DNA from: a bacterium
GTDB lineage: Bacteria; Bacillota_I; Bacilli_A; RFN20; CAG-826
Length of the DNA stretch: 64,000 bases
Direction: 5' to 3'
Assembly (NCBI GenBank): GCA_963605025.1
Contig: CAVCSZ010000003.1
Coordinates: 9,201 to 73,200 of the forward strand
Under the pieces are notes generated by a model. It searched no databases. It saw nothing but the letters and a program-made list of their open reading frames with translations, and had not been told where the DNA came from. The position numbers and the translations under genes are program-made. This document shows, piece after piece, positions 60,403-64,000 of the stretch (within the stretch, counting starts at the first letter, position 1; every line of letters begins with the position of its first letter).

Positions 60403-60783
60403 TTATTTATCTTCATGATGGCAAGAACATTCATCATCGTGGCAGCAACATTCATGTTCTTCATTTTCTTCATGATGACAGCATTCATGTTCACCTTCAT
60501 TATGATCATGATGACAACAATGATGTTCACTACTTCTTAAAATAAGTCCTTCTTCATCTGCATCTAAAATTAATTTATCAATAGCTTTTAATGATTCTTC
60601 ACTTGCGTCTACTAAAACACCATTAACTTCAAACGGATCACTAGCGTCTTTTTTTGATATTAAATCTAATGATGGATGGAAATGATCTCCATGTTTAATC
60701 ATTTCTACTTTTAATACTTCTAAATTATTTTCTTTTAATGCATTTTCTACTATTACTTTAGCGTTATCTGTTATTTTAAACAT
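60403..60783 (-). CDS. HesB/IscA-like domain protein lacking the canonical Cys ligands but carrying a His/Cys-rich C-terminal tail
   Basis: The N-terminal ~85 aa follow the IscA/HesB fold pattern (MFKITDNAKVIVENAL...EVNGVLVDASEESLKAIDKLILDADEEG). The C-terminus is EHHCCHHDHNEGEHECCHHEENEEHECCCHDDECSCHHEDK. It lies 12 nt downstream of galK with its own AAGGAG RBS. Confidence 0.45.
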   Translation of the reverse strand: MFKITDNAKVIVENALKENNLEVLKVEMIKHGDHFHPSLDLISKKDASDPFEVNGVLVDASEESLKAIDKLILDADEEGLILRSSEHHCCHHDHNEGEHECCHHEENEEHECCCHDDECSCHHEDK

Positions 60784-60794
60784 ATTTTTCTCCT

Positions 60795-61958
60795 TTATAA
60801 AACTTTATAATTACATGCTTTAGAAGATATAGATACTTCAAAATAATTACCTTTATAATTATCTTCTAAAAATTTAACAAATTCTTCTTTAAAATCTTTT
60901 TTAATAAAACATAATACAGTACCTTTAAATCCACCTCCATGAATTCTAATAGCACCTTTATCTTTAATAAAATCACTTACTTTATCAATAATTGATTGAG
61001 GAGATCCTTCATATTCTCCTTTAACAAAAGTATTTTCTATATTATTTTTACTAGAATCTTGTGATTTTCTTACTGTTTCTAAGAATAATTCTACATTATT
61101 TTCTTCAATTGCTTTTTTAGCTACTAAAACATTTTCATTTTCAATAAAGAAATGTTTAGCTTTTCTTTTAACACTATCATCTATTTTTAAATTATCAATT
61201 TTAGAAAATATATTACTTGTTTCTTCTAAATCTCTTAAATACTTACTATCTTTTTCAAGTAAAGATGCTACTTTATACATTCCATCAGGAATAGCAGCAT
61301 ATAAAGGAGTTAAAGCACTATGATTTCCTTCACTTTTAATTAAAAATACATCTAAAGGTAAATTAAATGGTAAAGTTTTAATTTCAGGTGAATTAATATT
61401 TTTAAAATCAATAAAATTACTAGAATCAAAACTAGTACCAATTTGATCTAATAATCCACATGGTTTATTAAAATAAACATTCTCTGCAAATTGACCAGTT
61501 TTAGCAATTTCTACACTAGGAATCTTTCCATCATTAAATAAATAAGAAATAGTGTATCCAAATAATGCTTCAATTGCAGCACTTGAAGATACTCCTGAAC
61601 CATTAGGTACTTCACTAACAATATACATAGAGAATCCACCTATATTATAACCTTTATCTTTTAAAGATTTCATTACACCTTTTAAAAGTCCTATAGGTCT
61701 ATATTCATCTTCTTTTCTTTTTTCTAAATCACATACATCAAAAGAAAATTCTTTATATCCTTCTGATAATACTCTAACTTTATTATCATTATTAATCTTT
61801 AAAGCAGCATACATTCTTAAAGAACAATTAGCTACTAAACAAAGTCCATGATTATGATCTGTATGATTACCTACAATTTCTAATCTTCCACCTGTATCAA
61901 TAGTAAATCTAGGATCAACTTTATAATATTCTTTAAATAATTTAACTACATCTTTCAT
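60795..61958 (-). CDS. galK: Galactokinase (GHMP kinase)
   Basis: GRLEIVGNHTDHNHG galactokinase signature and GHMP motif PNGSGVSSSAA. Confidence 0.8.
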   Translation of the reverse strand: MKDVVKLFKEYYKVDPRFTIDTGGRLEIVGNHTDHNHGLCLVANCSLRMYAALKINNDNKVRVLSEGYKEFSFDVCDLEKRKEDEYRPIGLLKGVMKSLKDKGYNIGGFSMYIVSEVPNGSGVSSSAAIEALFGYTISYLFNDGKIPSVEIAKTGQFAENVYFNKPCGLLDQIGTSFDSSNFIDFKNINSPEIKTLPFNLPLDVFLIKSEGNHSALTPLYAAIPDGMYKVASLLEKDSKYLRDLEETSNIFSKIDNLKIDDSVKRKAKHFFIENENVLVAKKAIEENNVELFLETVRKSQDSSKNNIENTFVKGEYEGSPQSIIDKVSDFIKDKGAIRIHGGGFKGTVLCFIKKDFKEEFVKFLEDNYKGNYFEVSISSKACNYKVL

Positions 61959-61961
61959 AAA

Positions 61962-63485
61962 TTAGAATTTAATACCTCCAATAAAATTATCAATACCTAC
62001 TCTTCCTTTTAAATCATCTTTAAATACACTAGTATTAATTAATATATTCTTACATACATCATTAATATATTCTTTAATATCTTCATCAATACTATCTTTA
62101 GAATAATTTTTCTTTAAAGTTTCTATCATTTTAATAAATCCTTCATTATTCATATCAGGATATTTATTTTCTATTTCATTTTTAGATAATTTATTCTCTA
62201 AGATATCTTTAATTTCATTCATTTGACGTTTAAGTCTAGCAGGTAAAATAAATAAACCCATTGCTTCAATAATTCCAATACCTTCTTGTTTAATATGATG
62301 ATATTCTTTATGAGCATGGAATATTCCATCAGGATATTCTTCATTTACTCTATTATTTCTTAAAATTAAATATAATTTATAAGTATCATTTTCTTTTCTA
62401 GCACTAGGAGTAATAGTGTTATGTAATTTATTATCACTAAAAGAAATAATATCATTAACTAAATCATCATATTTTCTCCACGCATCTAAAATAGAACTTG
62501 CTACATTAATTACATCTTCTTTATCTTTACCTTCTACTAATAAACAAGTATTATACCAATCAAGTAAATATAAATGTGATGAATGATTAATTAATGTATA
62601 TTCTTTTTTAGGTTTAGATTTCATAACAGGTAAAATATGTCTTCCACCTTGATAATGTTCATGATTTAAAATAGAACCACCTACTATAGGAAGATCAGCG
62701 TTACTTCCTAAAAAGAAAGAAGGATATAAATCTACAAATGATAATAAATCACTAAATGTTTTTCTATTTATCTGCATATTAGAATGACTATCTTTAAATA
62801 AAATAGAATGCATATAGAAATAACCATAAGGAGAATATTGTAAATACCATTTCTCATTATTTAAATTAACATTAATAAATCTTAAATTACTTCTAGATGG
62901 ATGAGATTCATTACCATAATAACCTAAATTCTCTTTACATAATTGACAAGCAGGATATTTTAAAGATGTTTTAGGAGCACTTAAAAGTTTAGCGATATCT
63001 TTATTATTTTTCTCAGGTTTAGATAAATTAATACTAATTTCAATATTTTTATCTTTATAATTACTTTCCCATAATAAATTCTTTTCAATAGCACTTTTTT
63101 TAACATAATCATTTTTAATTGATAAATCATAAAGATAATCAAGTGCTAAAGAATCTCCATTAGTGTTTTTAATAACATTAAATTTTTGATCTATTAAACT
63201 TGGAAGAGGAGTTAAAATACCATAAATCTTAGATATTTTTTCATCTATTAAATAAGCTTCTTCTATTCCTAATTCATTTTTAATATAGATTTCTAATTCT
63301 TTAGTAAAATAATCAGGTGTTTCTAATTCATCTATCTTTTTATAATCAATATTTTCTTTTTCAAAATATTTTAAATTTAATTCATGTAAAACACTATTTC
63401 TTAAATAAATTAAATCTAAATCATCAGAAATTGCAAAATTCTTTTTGAAATAATAGATAAGTTCATTAACTAAAGTATTAATCAT
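61962..63485 (-). CDS. galT: Galactose-1-phosphate uridylyltransferase (long Firmicute type)
   Basis: About 500 aa with an N-terminus typical of Gram-positive GalT. It lies between galK and galM. Confidence 0.7.
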   Translation of the reverse strand: MINTLVNELIYYFKKNFAISDDLDLIYLRNSVLHELNLKYFEKENIDYKKIDELETPDYFTKELEIYIKNELGIEEAYLIDEKISKIYGILTPLPSLIDQKFNVIKNTNGDSLALDYLYDLSIKNDYVKKSAIEKNLLWESNYKDKNIEISINLSKPEKNNKDIAKLLSAPKTSLKYPACQLCKENLGYYGNESHPSRSNLRFINVNLNNEKWYLQYSPYGYFYMHSILFKDSHSNMQINRKTFSDLLSFVDLYPSFFLGSNADLPIVGGSILNHEHYQGGRHILPVMKSKPKKEYTLINHSSHLYLLDWYNTCLLVEGKDKEDVINVASSILDAWRKYDDLVNDIISFSDNKLHNTITPSARKENDTYKLYLILRNNRVNEEYPDGIFHAHKEYHHIKQEGIGIIEAMGLFILPARLKRQMNEIKDILENKLSKNEIENKYPDMNNEGFIKMIETLKKNYSKDSIDEDIKEYINDVCKNILINTSVFKDDLKGRVGIDNFIGGIKF

Positions 63486-64000
63486 TATTTATTTCTCCTT
63501 TTAATTTTATATTCAATAAAATATTTATATTTATCATTCTTTTTATAAAGAATATTAGATAATGGAATAACACTTTTTTGAGGTTCTAACGCTATTCCTC
63601 TTCTTTCTTTTAAATCTTTATTATTATTAAATTTAACATTAGTTAAACTAGAATCACAATAAATATTCATTGCGTCATAATTAGTTTTCATTAATACTTC
63701 ATAATCTTCATTTCTTAATGATAATTTATGTATTTTATCTAATTCATTAAATATAAATGTATTATCAATAGTACCTATTTCTTTTTTAGATACTATATCT
63801 AAACTATTTTTAAGTTTCTTACTTCTATTAAATAATAAATAATTAGGTGTTAATTCTATATCAATAGGTAATAAAGTATTATCTATTTTTAACATTTTAG
63901 GAGCATCAAATTTTAAATAATAATCATTAATATTTAAAGATCTATTTAAATTCCAATAAATATGATTACTTAAATTAATTAATGCATCTTCTTTAACATT
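63485..64000 (-). CDS. galM: Aldose 1-epimerase (galactose mutarotase), C-terminal part; the 5' end lies outside the window
   Basis: C-terminal RRGIALEPQ motif. The reading frame remains open to the window edge (..APKMLKIDN). Confidence 0.6.
   Translation of the reverse strand, partial: NVKEDALINLSNHIYWNLNRSLNINDYYLKFDAPKMLKIDNTLLPIDIELTPNYLLFNRSKKLKNSLDIVSKKEIGTIDNTFIFNELDKIHKLSLRNEDYEVLMKTNYDAMNIYCDSSLTNVKFNNNKDLKERRGIALEPQKSVIPLSNILYKKNDKYKYFIEYKIKRRNK

Overview
This 64 kb window comes from a very AT-rich genome (about 25% GC). It uses the standard genetic code: TGA is a stop, ribosomal proteins are intact, and several ORF-track starts are GTG or TTG. The gene content (Spx, YitT, RNase J, type-Z S14, a GalT of the long Firmicute type, lipoprotein signal peptides, lysine-rich extensions on ribosomal proteins, no L30) points to a Firmicutes or Mollicutes-like chromosome, probably Erysipelotrichia or Acholeplasma-like. 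I see no transposases, integrases, phage genes or CRISPR. The window is core chromosome made of several blocks. (1) udk, a PAP2 phosphatase, a Cof hydrolase, pfk, a membrane-anchored endonuclease I-like nuclease with a tandem repeat, tRNA-Ser(GCU), proS, and a membrane protein with a degenerate EAL-like domain. (2) A glycan-utilisation locus with a GH2 beta-galactosidase-like enzyme, a GH13 alpha-glucosidase lipoprotein, a GH53 endo-galactanase lipoprotein, a four-gene carbohydrate ABC transporter, a pullulanase lipoprotein and tRNA-Ser(CGA). (3) Miscellaneous housekeeping genes: a methyltransferase, a sugar acetyltransferase, a flavin reductase, YitT, DagK, PlsC, coaD, rsmD, def, rnj, maf, nadK, CYTH, spx and mntP. 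The mntP gene sits behind a yybP-ykoY Mn2+ riboswitch. (4) The complete S10-spc-alpha ribosomal protein cluster from rpsJ to rplQ, including secY, adk, map, infA, rpmJ, rpsM, rpsK and rpoA. (5) A queuosine operon, queT-tgt-queA-queH, in which QueH is fused to a GT2-like glycosyltransferase domain. (6) A polar amino-acid ABC transporter with two paralogous binding proteins, controlled by a clear lysine riboswitch (L-box). (7) hpt, a HesB-like protein with a His/Cys-rich tail, and galK-galT-galM. The most unusual items are the QueH-GT2 fusion, the two riboswitches, the repeat-containing surface nuclease, the degenerate-EAL membrane protein and the Cys/His-rich tails on Spx and the HesB-like protein.
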